From Azolla caroliniana (taxonomy: Eukaryota; Plantae; Polypodiophyta), in contig JBHGNT010000003.1 of NCBI GenBank assembly GCA_043228905.1, positions 5,518,001-5,582,000 on the forward strand: DNA of 64,000 bases. The letters run 5' to 3'. The position numbers and the translations under genes are program-made. Each line of letters begins with the position of its first letter. Position 1 is the first letter of the stretch. Under the pieces are notes generated by a model. The model was not told the origin of the DNA and did no database searches. It was given only the letters and a program-made list of their open reading frames with translations. This document shows positions 47,265-61,100 of the stretch, in pieces.

Positions 47265-49980
47265 GACCATTCATTGCATTCGTTGCATCAATAATCTCAT
47301 AGGATCCGATCCAGCAAAAACATAACTTTCCCGACATTAATCCCATCTGAGTTTGAAACACCAACATTGGCTTTCCAATTCCAAAAATCTTTCATTGCCA
47401 TGCGGATGTGATCTACAAATGCCTTTCTCCTTTGATCTTGTTCTACTTTCTATACGATCTTCATTCTATATTCCGCAAGCTCAAGTTGCTCCAACCTATT
47501 TTGTTCCGAATCTTCTTCATTCAGTCATTCGCCAATTTGCACCCATAGACTTGGAACTTGAAATTTGATAGGCATTATGGCCTCCAATCTTAATGTTAAT
47601 CGTAATGGTGTTGATTAAATACTAGTCTTGTAACTAGTTTGATAAGCCCATAGAGCACTATGCAGCTTACAATACCAATCTGTTCGATTTTCTTCAGAAT
47701 TGACTGCTCTGCAATGTTTTGTTTGTAGATTTGGCCAACCCATTAGCTTGAGGATAATATGGCGTGCTCTTCTAATGTACCAAGACATAATGGTATGTTA
47801 GTCCCTAAACGAGCTTATTAATAAAATGACCTCCTTAATCATTGATCAATTCAACAAAACGGCCAAATCGGCACCATATACATTCATACAAGATCTTAGT
47901 TGTCGATGTTGTTGTGTTGTCGCATAAATCTTTGGCCTCAGTGCCATCTTCTTTGCCCCAAGAATCGGTTGAGTGCTTTTGAATTTGTCAAAGCCAATGC
48001 TTCCAATATTGCCTTTACTTTATTAGGGTGTGCGGCAATTTCGTCTTGGCTAACAATATGACCGAGCAATGTGCCACTTGTCACACCGAAAGCACATTTT
48101 GTTGGATTTATGCTTCATCAAGTTGATCGGCACTTCTCTAAACATAGTTGTAAACGGTACAAGTGGTCTATCTTTCTACTACACACGCCAAAATCATCCA
48201 AAAACACTTGTACAATTGCGAAAATGTATTTGCCGAATATTTCCGTGGTTATTCTCTTAGAAATCTTTGATGCGATCTTTAACCCGAACATCATTGCTAC
48301 AACTACATTTTACTACGAGCACCATTTGCTACATTTTACTACAAGCACCGTCTGCTCTTGGTCATTCGGATGCGTTCGTATTAAATTGATTATAGCAACT
48401 AAACCCGTCAAGAAAACAAAAGACATCCTTATATTCTTTTAGTAATTCCACCATTGCCGACTTGACGTCCGGCTCGATTTCCTTTACGATTTGTATGATT
48501 TGGGGTTCTTCTCTCGTCTCGAGATTAACCTCCTCTAATGTTCATGGTTTCACTCGTTGAGATGCTTCCATCTCTCTCTCCATTGCTTCTTGTGGATGGT
48601 GTAATTCAGCTATCACCTTTGTATCCGGCTCCTTTAATCCCTCATCCGACATTGTGTCCATTCTGGTCACATACGGGCTAACCATCTCAACCACATCTAT
48701 TTCAAATAGTGACACTATTTTTGGATTCTCCTCAAGGCATTTGTCAACCACCCCTTCCATCATGTTAATTGCCTCAGCATATAATGGCGTTATATCCTTC
48801 TTTGTGGCCACGTTTTTCTGAGTTGGCACACGGATCTTTGACAACGGATCTTTGAATTTCCTCACCAGAAGCTAATTACATCCTTTGACTAATTTTGTTT
48901 AATATTTGCCGTTTGTAACCATGGTCGACCCAGCATGAGTGGGTATGCTTGTGGTACATCTAATTTTAGAATGACCGTCGAGATCTGAAATGGGTACCCT
49001 ACCATCGAGATTTCTAAATTTCAAAGTAGTCCGAGCAGTCGAACAGATCTCGTATCAGCCATCCGAAGCCAGAATGAGCATACTTCCCATTCCCGAATAC
49101 CTAATCGATCACAGGTTGCTTTGCTTATTACATTTACTCCTAACCCTCCATCTATTATGCTTTCTTAGACTAACACTTCCATTCCCTTTATTATCACTTT
49201 TACGCATGGATTTTGCTCATCTAGCACCGTCGGTCCTTGGGCTAGATTTGTGAAGTTGATGGTAATGGTCGGCGATTCCTCCTAGTTAATTATAGCCACT
49301 AAGGTTTCTTTGAAGCATGGTACAAGATTCAATCATCATGTTTGCGCTATGATAATTTGGTAGTTGGCCATCCACGGTTGTCGGTTGTATCTTTACTTCG
49401 GCATATTCAACCGATACTTCATTCATCGCTTGTCTCATTTGGTTTACATTTTTCTTATTTTCTTGTTCACACCACGTTTTTGCCTAATCTCATCCAAAGC
49501 ATCCCATTGAACCTATTTTGCTTTAATCCATGTGGTAACCTATTGCACTTGGAGTGTTACCATATTTATGACTAGAGGTTTTCCTCACTCCTTTGGGCAA
49601 CATAGTGACCCTCCTTTCTACAGCTATAGGATATTGGCTTCTCAACCTCTTTCAGTGGTAACCTGTTATAGTCACGACCAGGATGTCTCATTCTTTAATT
49701 ATTGGGTAGCTACTATCATTTTCTGAATATGGGGTGCTTCTCGTACCAATCTAATTAGAAACCAAGGGTGAAATTTATAATTAAATACAAATTAAATGGC
49801 ACTGAATGGACACAATAGAAAGGCCAATTATAATTATCAATGCCCCTTGGTCTTCACACACTTAAGAAACAAACTCAACTACAAAAGCCAAATTTGATCA
49901 ATTTCTGTGAAAGTGTTGATGAAATACACCTGAAACACACGGGTACATGGATAGTGAGACACCTTATTATGACACAACCC
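47265..49980 (-). mobile_element. Degenerate Ty3/gypsy related to the 41065 element
   Basis: LVFQTQMGLMSGKLCFCWIGSY matches LVFQTRMGQMPGKLRFRWTGSY. RT and integrase remnants occur in other frames. Confidence 0.7.
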
Positions 49981-50229
49981 CCGATATATTAAAAAGATGA
50001 AAACCCTCTCTTATTTTATGTCCAGGTATGAAAATTGCACAAATTCTTGATCTTTGCATCAAGTTGCAAAGCTCAGAATTAGAGTATAACATGTCACACA
50101 CGCACGCACAACACACAATGTCCATTATAAAGAATTGTAATACAATCATGGATCATCTTCTAATGGCAAAATTAATTAGTCTGTAAATGGAAACACAATG
50201 GTAAAAACATTACACCATTGCAAAAGGTT

Positions 50230-53200
50230 TATCATTATGCTGGAGCCTAACAGTGATCATCATCGGCTCTGTCATCTGATCGAGGTGGCTGATGTTGAGA
50301 ACCTGTTCCTTATCGATAGGAAGAATGAATATCACGACAGAATAAGATATTCTTCATATTGTGACGGACACACATCAGAGAAGAACGAGCTTGGGGGAGC
50401 CAGACATCATGCTCAATTTCGGAGGCACCACTGCAGAACAACGAATGGCGTACCTCAGGGATGCCGCCAATTTCAGCAGGGAGCAGTCCATCTCCTGTTT
50501 AAACAGATTCAATCACCCAACATGAGGAGATGGCTTGGCTGGAGGCCCTCTCTATGGCTGCAGAATCCAGATCATGATGTGGATTGTCAGAGGATTGGCA
50601 GAGTTTGTATGACAATCTCCCCAGAGTCTGTCAGAGGATTGGCAGACCTCCGTCCTTCAAATTCACCCCTAGCAGCCTCTCTGCAGAGATTGCATATATC
50701 TCCCGTATTCAGTACCTGGAGTAGAACCACTGGTTTCTTGCATCACTTGCTACAGCTCAAAGAGCTCTCTCTGTACAGTTTGATTGGCATGAAAGAGGAA
50801 AAGCTCCTGGATTTCATCAATCACCTAACACCACTAAAGGAGGAGGAGACAGCTGCTAACACCCTTGCATCACCTCCTCAGTTACACTGCCTTGAGTTAA
50901 CAGCCTACAGGAATTTCTCAGACTTACGATCCACTACTGCAGCCCTGGTGGATGCACTTTTCAGTCCAACCTTCTTTTCTTTCACCTGCTTGGCTGTCGT
51001 AAGATGGACCCTGCCATCAAGGTGCAGCTGTGGAGTAACCAGCGCAATTTCATGTTGGGATCAAATTTGAAGCGAGTAGCCACATGCGATTTTTCATCTG
51101 TGGGGATCCATTCACAGGCAAAACATGAGTTACTCTCAAACATGAGGATAAACACTAACACTTTCAATTCATTTGTTTGACGCTGGAAAGGCTACCCTTG
51201 TATACACCGTGCATTCCATGTATGGGTGCAAGAGATGCTGAGAGCCCTATTTATCGGAGGCATACACAAGGAATTAAGGTTCAAGCCTTCAAAAGTGAGG
51301 TAATCCGAGTGCCTGTGTGGGACATGGTAGGCCAACAAGAGTTTCATGCATTCCACGATTGCATGTTCCCCGACATAGGAACAAGCTCTTATCAGATTCC
51401 ATCCATGTTCATGTTCGTTTGGAGTCTTATGGAGAGTGAAAGTAGTGATAGAGGAGCAAGGAAAACAGACGTGGACTTTGAAGCAAGCTTCAGATACTGG
51501 CTCAAGTTCCTCGCCTACAAAAGTCGTCAATCCAACATTGCCCTCAAAGTTATCATGGTCTTCACACGAGCTGACCAAATAGAGCTCGTCTCAAGCTCTC
51601 TCTCACCTTTCATTGATTCACTTTGATCAGATTTTAAAGGGATTCATGACATTGTTGACCCTCCATTTGATGTGGATTCAAGAAAAAATGATTCCGTCAA
51701 AGCTGTAGTAGAATGTACCTTCTCCATTGACAAAGAGTTTCCAGGGTATCGAGGTGTAAAACACCTGCACACAGATAAGCAAATATTTCTCGAATCATTT
51801 GAAGAACACAAGTGAAAAAATCATTACATGGTCTTAATTCAGCCAAATCTGCAATAGCCATGGCCAACTCTCCAATCCCGCTAGTGACAAAGCTAAATTA
51901 AATGCAATCGCCTTGTCCTTGAATGAGTCAGGTAGTATCATATACATAAACAGAATCAAACACATCATTATTGATCCCAATTGGTTCTGAAATCAGATCA
52001 TGCGAAGCATCATTGATTTCCCAAGCTCTAAAGCATCTAAAGATACCATTGTATTTGGTAACGGATGCATCCTCGGCATTTCCTAGAGGAAAAGTTTGAG
52101 TCCATTTCCAGATCTAATGTGAAGGGGTCGTTATTGGTAGACTTGATGGAAGCCATGCACCTATGTTGCAAAATCCCCAATAACTTCCTCAGAAGCATTG
52201 CAGATCTTATCTTTATCTCTTCTGCATTGTCAGATGTGGGTATAGAACAGCTCCAATGGACTCATCTGCCACATGCAATTAAGATGATGAGGATACTTTT
52301 GTGTATATGGGCCGAGGCTAGAGAGTGAAGACAGACCTCACATTTCTTACACCAGGACTGTTTCCAGGAATTCAAGTTTTCTTTAACAATGCATTTCAAT
52401 CTGAGGATGATAACACTAAGATAATGCTTGGAAACGATTCATATCCATCTGTTTCTCAGATAAGAAGATCATCGTCATTTTCTATCAAGCAAAATCAAAC
52501 TACATGATTGATGTGTTGGTTCGAGCTAAAAATAATACTCAAGAAAACACGTTACGTACCTTAGCTTTTGTGCAAAAGCATATCATCAACACCTTGATTA
52601 CAATATGTGCACAACGTACAAGTGTCCAAGGTGTTAATTTGATCAAGGGTGTAATCCAGCCCAATTGTTGGTTCGAGCTCAAAATAATACTCAAGAAAAC
52701 ACGTTACGTATCTTAGCTTTTGTGCAAAAGCATATCATCAACACCTTGATTACAATATGTGCACAACGTACAAGTGTCCAAGATGTTAATTTGATCGAGG
52801 GTGTAATCAAGCCCAATTGTTGGTTCAAGCTCAAAATAATGCTCAAGAAAACACGTTACGGTGTCATGAAGATAATGCTTCATGATATCAAAACAATGTT
52901 AAAAATTTATAGAGCAACATTTCCTATCTAGAGCTTGTGACGAGGAGCATGTGCAATTTTTTGGTTCACGAACCGGAGTTCAAAAGCCCAAGATACAAGC
53001 TTCAGAAGGATTAACGCTACTTGGGACAAAACTGTAATTATGTCAAAAGGGGGAGTTAAAATTAAATAAGGACCATTTCTGTAACTTCTCAAATGTACAA
53101 CTACAAAATCAAATTTGTAGAATCAAAAAATAAAATAATAAAAAATAACCAGCTGCATGAGGCACTTTGACAACCGCCTCAAGGTGGCTAGACGGTTGAC

Positions 53201-54890
53201 CCCCCTATAAAAGCCACTCCCATCGTGGCTGAACAGAGGGGGAAGGGAAACGGAAGAGAAGAAGAAGGGAGAGAAGGAAGGAAGCTAGGGAGGAAGCTTG
53301 CGAGAGGGTGGGATGCATTTGTTAATAACACATGAGAAAAACCAAGAAGTTGAAGTGCTCTATCTCAAACGCTTCTTCGCAACCGAAAGGTTATGAGTTT
53401 TGAGTCCTCTCAAACCAATTTCTTTTGCTAATCAAATTTTGTAAGATAATCTTAGTAAATATAAAAAGAAAGAGATTATCTTAACAAAGAAAATGAAGAA
53501 GTGGAAGTGGCCTATATTAAACGCCTCTTCTCAAATAAGCGTTTTGGGTTCAAATCCTATCAAAATGACTTTCTTTTGGAGAGGAGTTGAGTTCAAGTCT
53601 TGCTGAGCAACATTTGGCAAATAAATATTGTAAGTGGTGTTTTACAAATAAAATTCTTTTCGTGATAATGTCACATCTATCTTGCCTTCTCGGCTTCTTG
53701 TCATTGCACCATCTACGATTACGCCTTGTCACCCCGACCATCCCCAAGTCACAGAACCCTGGCGGTTACGACACACAACCACAATCTTCTCAACAACGTA
53801 CCTTAGCTTTTGTTCAAAAGCATATCGTGAACACCTTGATTACAATATGTGCACAGCCTAGAAGTGTCCAAGGTGTTAATTTGATCAAAGGTGTAATCCA
53901 GACCAATTGCATATGTTGTCCATCAAGGACACGTGATAGAGAATAAGTTATTTGAGTGAACTAAGAAAAAAACTCGACCAAGGCAAGTAAGAATTTAATG
54001 ATTGGAAACAGATCAGGCATATGCATGTTTCTCTCACAAGTACTTTAATTGATCTCTTGGGCATAGAGTATTATGGGGAGGTCCACCACTCATGTAAACA
54101 ATGGTTTTAGGTAGAGGTGGGGATTGTTGGAGAATGATGAAGTCAATTTATCTAGGCAATATCAAAGTCGTGAAAATGTGATTATGACTAGCCTTGAAAA
54201 CGATTTGTAGGACGGTCGAACATCAGAATACATAGTAGAGGCACAATCTTGTAAGTTTATGATACAGTCAATTTTAAGTTTACATTGTAAGGTGGATGCA
54301 CTCATGAAGAGTGACTGAAGTTACATCATAAGGTGGATCAAATGATCGAGAAGGTGGGTGACGTGCATAACAAACTTCAATGTATGAGGAAAGATGTTAT
54401 GAGCAAAGTTGAGAAATCTAAAAGCAAGCTATTGATGATGGATCTAGTGAATGATTGAGAAGCAATTCCATCGAGTTGCCGTCTTTACAACTAAATCTAC
54501 TAACTCAAAGATAGACAAACTTTTGGGATGGGTGCCTAGACTTTTGGGGGAGGAGTTTGTGAGAATCCCATTATATTGTGAGGATAAAAATTTGCCGCAC
54601 TCAGTGGAGAACCAACCTGGTATCACCCTCATCTCTTTGATAGTCTCATCCACAAACTCTAAATAGAGCTCTTCCACATATCAATTGTTTTTTTCATGTT
54701 TTGACTATAGTTGACAGACTGGGTATTTCCTCTATGGCACCCCTTGGGAGCTCTTCGATACCTGATTGGACACCCCACCTCAAACTAGAAAAACTATAGT
54801 TTAAGTACACTAGATGGCAAAAGGCTTGGCATCTATATTGGTGTAAAATGGAGGGTTGACAGACCAAAACATAGCTGAGAAGTTCTTTCT
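50230..54890 (+). pseudogene. TORNADO1-like LRR-ROC-COR pseudogene
   Basis: Collinear with 58144..62130: NLFLIDR, SPLAASLQRLHI, VWDMVGQQEFHAFHDCMFP, LLGWVPRLLGEEFVRI.LYCED. Many stops and frameshifts, a lost intron acceptor, an internal triplication and an insertion. Confidence 0.88.
52862..53796 (+). mobile_element. LTR-like insertion in the TRN1-like pseudogene
   Basis: Starts TGTCATGA. TTACGACA ends at 53773, followed by a short tail ending TCTCAACA. Contains CCCTATAAAAG. The gene sequence resumes at ~53797. Confidence 0.6.
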
Positions 54891-57209
54891 TATCGTAAAC
54901 TAATATATATTCCTTATCTCAAACCTAGATAGACTTTTGAACTTATTGGGCAATTTGACATAAGTGCACAATCCACTTCACTCTTATCGATCTCTTGCTC
55001 CTAACTATGTTGCACAGTTCATATTTCTTTCTTTCAATCAAAGTTCAATAGCCTTTGACTTAAGCACAATCTTCTTCTCCTCTCAAAAATAATTATCTTC
55101 ATAAGAAATTAATTAATTTCATAATGTACTTTAATCAATCTAGTTTACCAGTTAATGTTATACAAAAGCACACAAAATGAGCAAAGCATGATTCAATTAA
55201 TTAGGGATGAACAAGGCAGCCCATAAAACGTTGAATCAGCTACATTATGAACCATTCAAAACTATTTTATCACATTAAGTACCTCAGGGTAGCTTAAACA
55301 GTTCCATGATTTAAAATTCAAATGTTGGGATATTTTCAATTAGTCAGCTTTTCTTTATAGAATGTGATGATTATTGAATTGAAGGTCATATTTCCAATTA
55401 GATAGAGAATAAATGGACAATTTGCAAATACAAACTTCATATCAGATTGTACCTAACGATAACTTCAAGAATTTCATGCTTAGTTGTGAAATAAAATATA
55501 ACCTTGGAAAAGTTAACAAACATAGGTCGAGATTGAACATGCTTAGTTTGGTTAATCAACACCTTTGTTTCTAGTCTTTCTAGAATTCAGACATGGGTCA
55601 AGAGATTAGAAGCAACCAGATAAGAATCCAAAGTCCTTACCAATATATCATTACCCCTCTATGATCTCCCCAAACCCATTTACATTCAAAGAAGCATCTT
55701 ATCCCAGTACTGCGTTGCAAAGGCAAGATAAAACATGGAATAAATTAATGAGAAAACTTTTGGTTACACGTAAAAATTAGAGATTGATTGAAGAATAACA
55801 AACTGAAACAAATCCACTGTAGGCTACGAAGTGCATTTCCTGAAGATCATTAAAAAATTTGCCAACAGAGTTCCAGTACTAGCTATATCAGCATATAATG
55901 CAATAAGGAAACAAGAAATATTAAGTTGAGTATCTTATGAGTGCCATTTATAAAGTCTAGTTCACTTTGCGAATTGCTTGCATTTTCATATTATCAGAGC
56001 TAGATTTTCATGTTTTCCAAGTCAGGCAGCCATTGTAAGAGAGCATTTACACATAGGCTAGAGCAGCTTACCAAGTGCAGGTGGTTTCACTACTTTGCAA
56101 ACTTGAACCCTTGTATATATTTGTTAGAAAAATCCAGAAGGGTAAAACGAAATCCAAAATCAAAAAGGGTACAATGAAATCCACAATTAAAGAGAGGTCA
56201 TATTAAAACTATCAAGTTCCCATGTATATATGTGATACATCTTTTCCAAATAAACTCGGCAGCGTAAATTTCATTTTTGATGGATGAGCGATTGATTGTC
56301 CAATCATGTAAAGTGTTTCTTTTTGTTCTTCTGTCGGTTCTATATTCAAAAGGTTTTCTGATTATTGTTTCTTTTATTAGCGGTTCTTAATCCCACTAAA
56401 ATTCCTTCTACCTCTTTTTTCTCTACATTCCAGTTGTGTGCGCATCAATCAGCAGATCTAAAGAAATGCACTGCCACAAACAACCAATAAAAAGAAGATT
56501 TTAAAAATCCTTATTTTTAGGATATAAACTTGCCTGAGAGGGTGTATTTTGGTTCCTTTCTGAGAGGGAGATTGCAAAGACCCTCAGGTCGGCAGCCATT
56601 CCACACCTGATTCGTCAGCTTACATGCAAAATCATGTGCTTTTCCTGCTACTCCAAATGCTCAAGACGCCTACAAACACAAAAACGCAAAAGGTAAGTTG
56701 AGAGATAAAGAGAAGAATAAAATAAAAATGTCTCATTAAACAGGGGTATGACAGGATAGCTTAAGAAGACAAGACCCTACTTCTATCAAAATGAACAGAA
56801 AAAGAGGAAGGTTTTTCCTCCTCCGCCACCATTGTTCCAACTTTTCAAGCCGAGCTCCATGATCTTATACACAGCTCATTTACTGAAGGAACTCTGCGTG
56901 TGGATGGATGCAAAGACTGCAGATTTCTCTTTCTCTTCCTCACCACCATTATTCCAGCTTTTCAGGCTGAACACACCAATCTTATAGATATCTCATTTAC
57001 TGAAGTGCCTACGTGTGGATGGATGTAGAGATTCTCTGCTATTCAGGAATAAAAGCAACGGGGGAGGAGGAGGAGGAGGAGGATGCAGAGAAGAAGCGAT
57101 TGCTGAAGGAGAGAGAAACGAAAGTCTCACTGTCAGGGCTATATACATATAGGCTATATCTAACATGACCTGCTCCTCTGTTTTCTGCTAATATTTCTTC
57201 TGGTAGGAC

Positions 57210-57430
57210 TCAAACCGGACCGGTTTATCCTTAACCGGTTTGTGGGTTTCCAAACCGGCGACTAAACCAGTTTGGCTAACTGGTTCAACCAAACCGATTA
57301 ATTCTTAACCGGCTTGGTAACCGGTTTGCCCTTAATCTGTTCATTCGGCTTGAGCCATCCCTAACCGAGCTCAAACCGGTCAAGGAAGCTCAAGCCTAAA
57401 CCAAACCTCCAAACCATTCAAACCGATCGC
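57210..57430. repeat. AACCG/CGGTT-rich MITE-like segment
   Basis: Dense AAACCGG/CCGGTTT motifs in both orientations. Confidence 0.45.
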
Positions 57431-58143
57431 AGCCAATTCGTAGATCCTCATGAATAGTTCTAGTTTTCAGTTTTGAGTGTCGGAGCCTAGAACTTCATAT
57501 TTCAACTGCACCCTCGGAACTTCCTGATCGTTTTGATGCCTCCTTTGGAATGCCTCTTCTGAGTTGAGTCCCAAGAGCTTCCCGTCACATACAAATCTCA
57601 AAGAAGCTTCTCTCCATAGAGGGACATCTTGTAAAGCTATTTAGAAAACCTTAGTATGCACCTAAAGAAATGATCCCCACATGCTCTAATATCCAAAGAT
57701 TCCACATGAGAATGACAAACATTTCAACTTGTTCATATAGGTTTCACCCCATGTTTACCATCAAACATAAAAGCATTACACATATTCCAATAGTGTTGCA
57801 ATCTGTTAGAGTGTAAAAATTGAAACAAGTTCACCGACTCTTCATTCAGACCATCTTGAATATTAAAACTTACCAAATCTCTGATAAGGAGATACAATTT
57901 CATTGAGAGAAAGATGTGCAACATACCTAGAAGAGACACAATTATTAACAAAAACACATTGTACACTTAATTCAAATTACCTTAATTAATAATATATTTA
58001 AGATGTGACAATTATTCTTAGTTGCAAAAGCCCATCTAGGTTAGATGAAGGAATATACAAAAGTTTACAATAAATTTTTAAAGTAGGCCTTTCAAACCAA
58101 TGAGAAAATGTCATCTAATCAAACCTACATATCAAGATATAGT

Positions 58144-61100
58144 TTAGCCTAGTGGGAAGGGCATTTGTCCTTTGTAGTGTGTCTTGCATAACCATGCAAC
58201 TTGAGTACTCCTGTCAGCTCCATAACAAATGGCACGCATAAGACGGAACTTCTCAGCTATGTTTTGATTTGTCAAACCTCCATTCTCCATCAATATCGAT
58301 GCCAAGCACTTTTGCCATTCTTTGGAAGCAAACTCTAGTGTGGTTAGGAATATATCTTTTTTTGATTTAAAAGTACTTTGTATCATAGGGTATTGTTTAG
58401 CCAATTTGAGGTGTAGTGTCCAATCGGGCATCAAAGAGCTTGCAAGGGGAGCCATAGAGGAAATACCAAGTCTAACAGCTATAGTCAAAAGACAAAAGAA
58501 ACCATTGATATATGGAAGAGCTTTCTGTAGATACTTTGAATGAGACTCTGACAAAGATGTGAGGGTGATACCAGGTTGGTTTTCCACTGGGTGTGGCATT
58601 TTTTTATCCTCACAGTATAATTGGATTCTCACAAACTCCTCTCCCAAAAGTCGAGGCACCCATCTCAAAAGTTTGTCAACTTTTGAGTTGCAAGATTTTG
58701 TCGTAAGTAAGGCAATGCAAGGGAGTTGTTTCTCAGCCTCATTCTCTAGAGCCATTGTCAGTAACTTTCCTATAGATTTCTCAACTTTGCTCACAACATC
58801 CGTTCTTGTACATTGAAGTTCTTTATGTAGTTCACTTAGGTTCTTTGTCATTTGATCCACCTTACCATGTAGCTTTAGGATCTCTTCATGAGTAGCATCC
58901 ATCTTACGATGTAAACTTAAAATTGACCTTACCATAAACTTACAAGATTTTACCTCCACTGGCTCTTCTAATGTGAAATGATTTTCTTGGAGCAAGCCAT
59001 TTTCCAAGCTAGTGATAATCACATTTTCACAACTTTGTTCTTCCCCAAATTCATTGATTACTTCTTCATTCATTAACAATGCATCCCTCACCTCCACCTT
59101 AAACCATTCCGTACATGATTTAAGGACCTCCCCATAATACTCTAACCCAAGGAGATCAACTAAATTATTTCTTAAAGGATGAGGCATATGCCTAGTTTGT
59201 TTCCAATCATAAAACTCTTTCTCACCTCGTTCAAGTTTTTTTCGCAATTGTTCTTTCAGATAAGTTACTTTCACGCATTGATCTTCTCTGTCTTGCGCTT
59301 TTGATGGATCACGCAAACAATCGGGCCGGATGACACACTCGATCAAATTAACACCTTGGACACCTCTAGGTTGTGCACATATTGTAGTCGAGTTGTTGAC
59401 GATATTCTTTTCCACAAATGTTAAGGTACTTAACATGTCTTGTTCAACATTATTTTGAGCCCGGACCAACACATCAATCACATAGTTTGATTTTGCTTGA
59501 CAGAAGAAGATGATGATCTCCTTATTTGGAAAACATATAGATATAAAATCTTTACCAAGCACCATGTCAATATTATCATCCTCGGATTGAAAAGCATTAT
59601 TAAATAGCATTTGAATCCTCGGAAACAATCCTGGTGTAAGAAAGGTGAGGTCTTCGTCTTCACACTCTAGCCTTCTACCCATATATACAAAAGTATCATC
59701 ATCATCATCTAAATTGCATGTTGTGGATGAAGCCCACTTGGGTTGTTCCATACCCACATCCTTGGACAATATGGCCGGGATAAAGATAAAATCTACATTG
59801 CTTTTGGGGACTTTGCAACACAGGTGCATGGCTTCCATCAATTCTACTAATAATGAGCCCTTCACTTTAGATCCTGTAATGGATTCAAACTTCTGCTCTA
59901 GGAAATTCCGAGGGATGGATCCTTTGTCAAATACAATGGTACCCTTAGATGATCCTTTAGAGTTTGGGAAACCGATGAGGCTGCCCATGATTTGATTGCA
60001 AAACCAATTGGGGTCAAGAATGATGTGTCTGATTCCGTTTATGTATATGATGTTACCAGACTCATTCAAGGACATGGCGATTGCATTTAGCTTAGCATGG
60101 TCAGTACTAGGATTGAAGTGTTGGCTGGCTCTATTGCAGATTTCTCCGAATTTCGTCCATGTAATGATTTGTTCATTTGTGTTCTTGGAATAATCGGAGA
60201 GATGTTTGCTTACCTGTGTGCAGATGTCATAGAGCTCAATACCTTGGAGCATCTCTGTGGCAATGCGGAAGATGGATTCTGCTACAGCTTTGACAGAATC
60301 CTTCTTTCTTGCATCCACATCAAATGGAGGATCAACAATGTCAATCACCCCTTTAAAATCTGATCGAAGAGAATCAATGGATGGTGAGAGAGAGCTTGAG
60401 ACGAGCTCCATTTGGTCTGATCGTGTGAAGACGACGATCACTCTGAGAGGACTGATGGATTGACGGCTTTTGGAGGCCAGGAACTTGAGCCAGTACCTGA
60501 AGCCTGCTTCGAAGTTCCCGACTCTTTTCTCTGCACCTCTGTCGCTACTTTGGCTATCCATGGGGCTCCAAACGAACATGAACATGGATGGAACATGATA
60601 AGAGCTTGTTGCTATGTCAGGGAACATGCAGTCATGGAATGCGTGGAACTCTTGTTGGCCTGCCATGTCCCACACAGACACTCGGATTTTATCCTTTTTG
60701 ATGGCCTGCACCTCGATTCCTTGTGTACGATCTCCTGTAAACAGAGCTCTCAGCTTATCTCTCTTGCGGCCATACATGGAACGCATGGTGCATGCAAGGG
60801 TAGTCTTTCCTGCACAAATTCAAATGCACTGCAGAGTGTTAGTGCGTTTATCTTTATCAATCTAGCTTGTCTGATTTTCAATGTTTCAGAGAGTGTTCTG
60901 TTCTTTACCTGCAAATGGATCTCCGCAGATGAACAATCGAATTGAAGTCGCAGGCACTCGCTTCAGATCTGATCCCAACAAGAAATTGCGCTGGTTCCTC
61001 CATAGCTGGGCCTCTATGGCAGGGTCCACCTTGCTCCAACCAAGAGATCCAAAGAACGGAAGGCGGGACCGAGAAAGGGCATCCACTACTGCAGCAGTAG

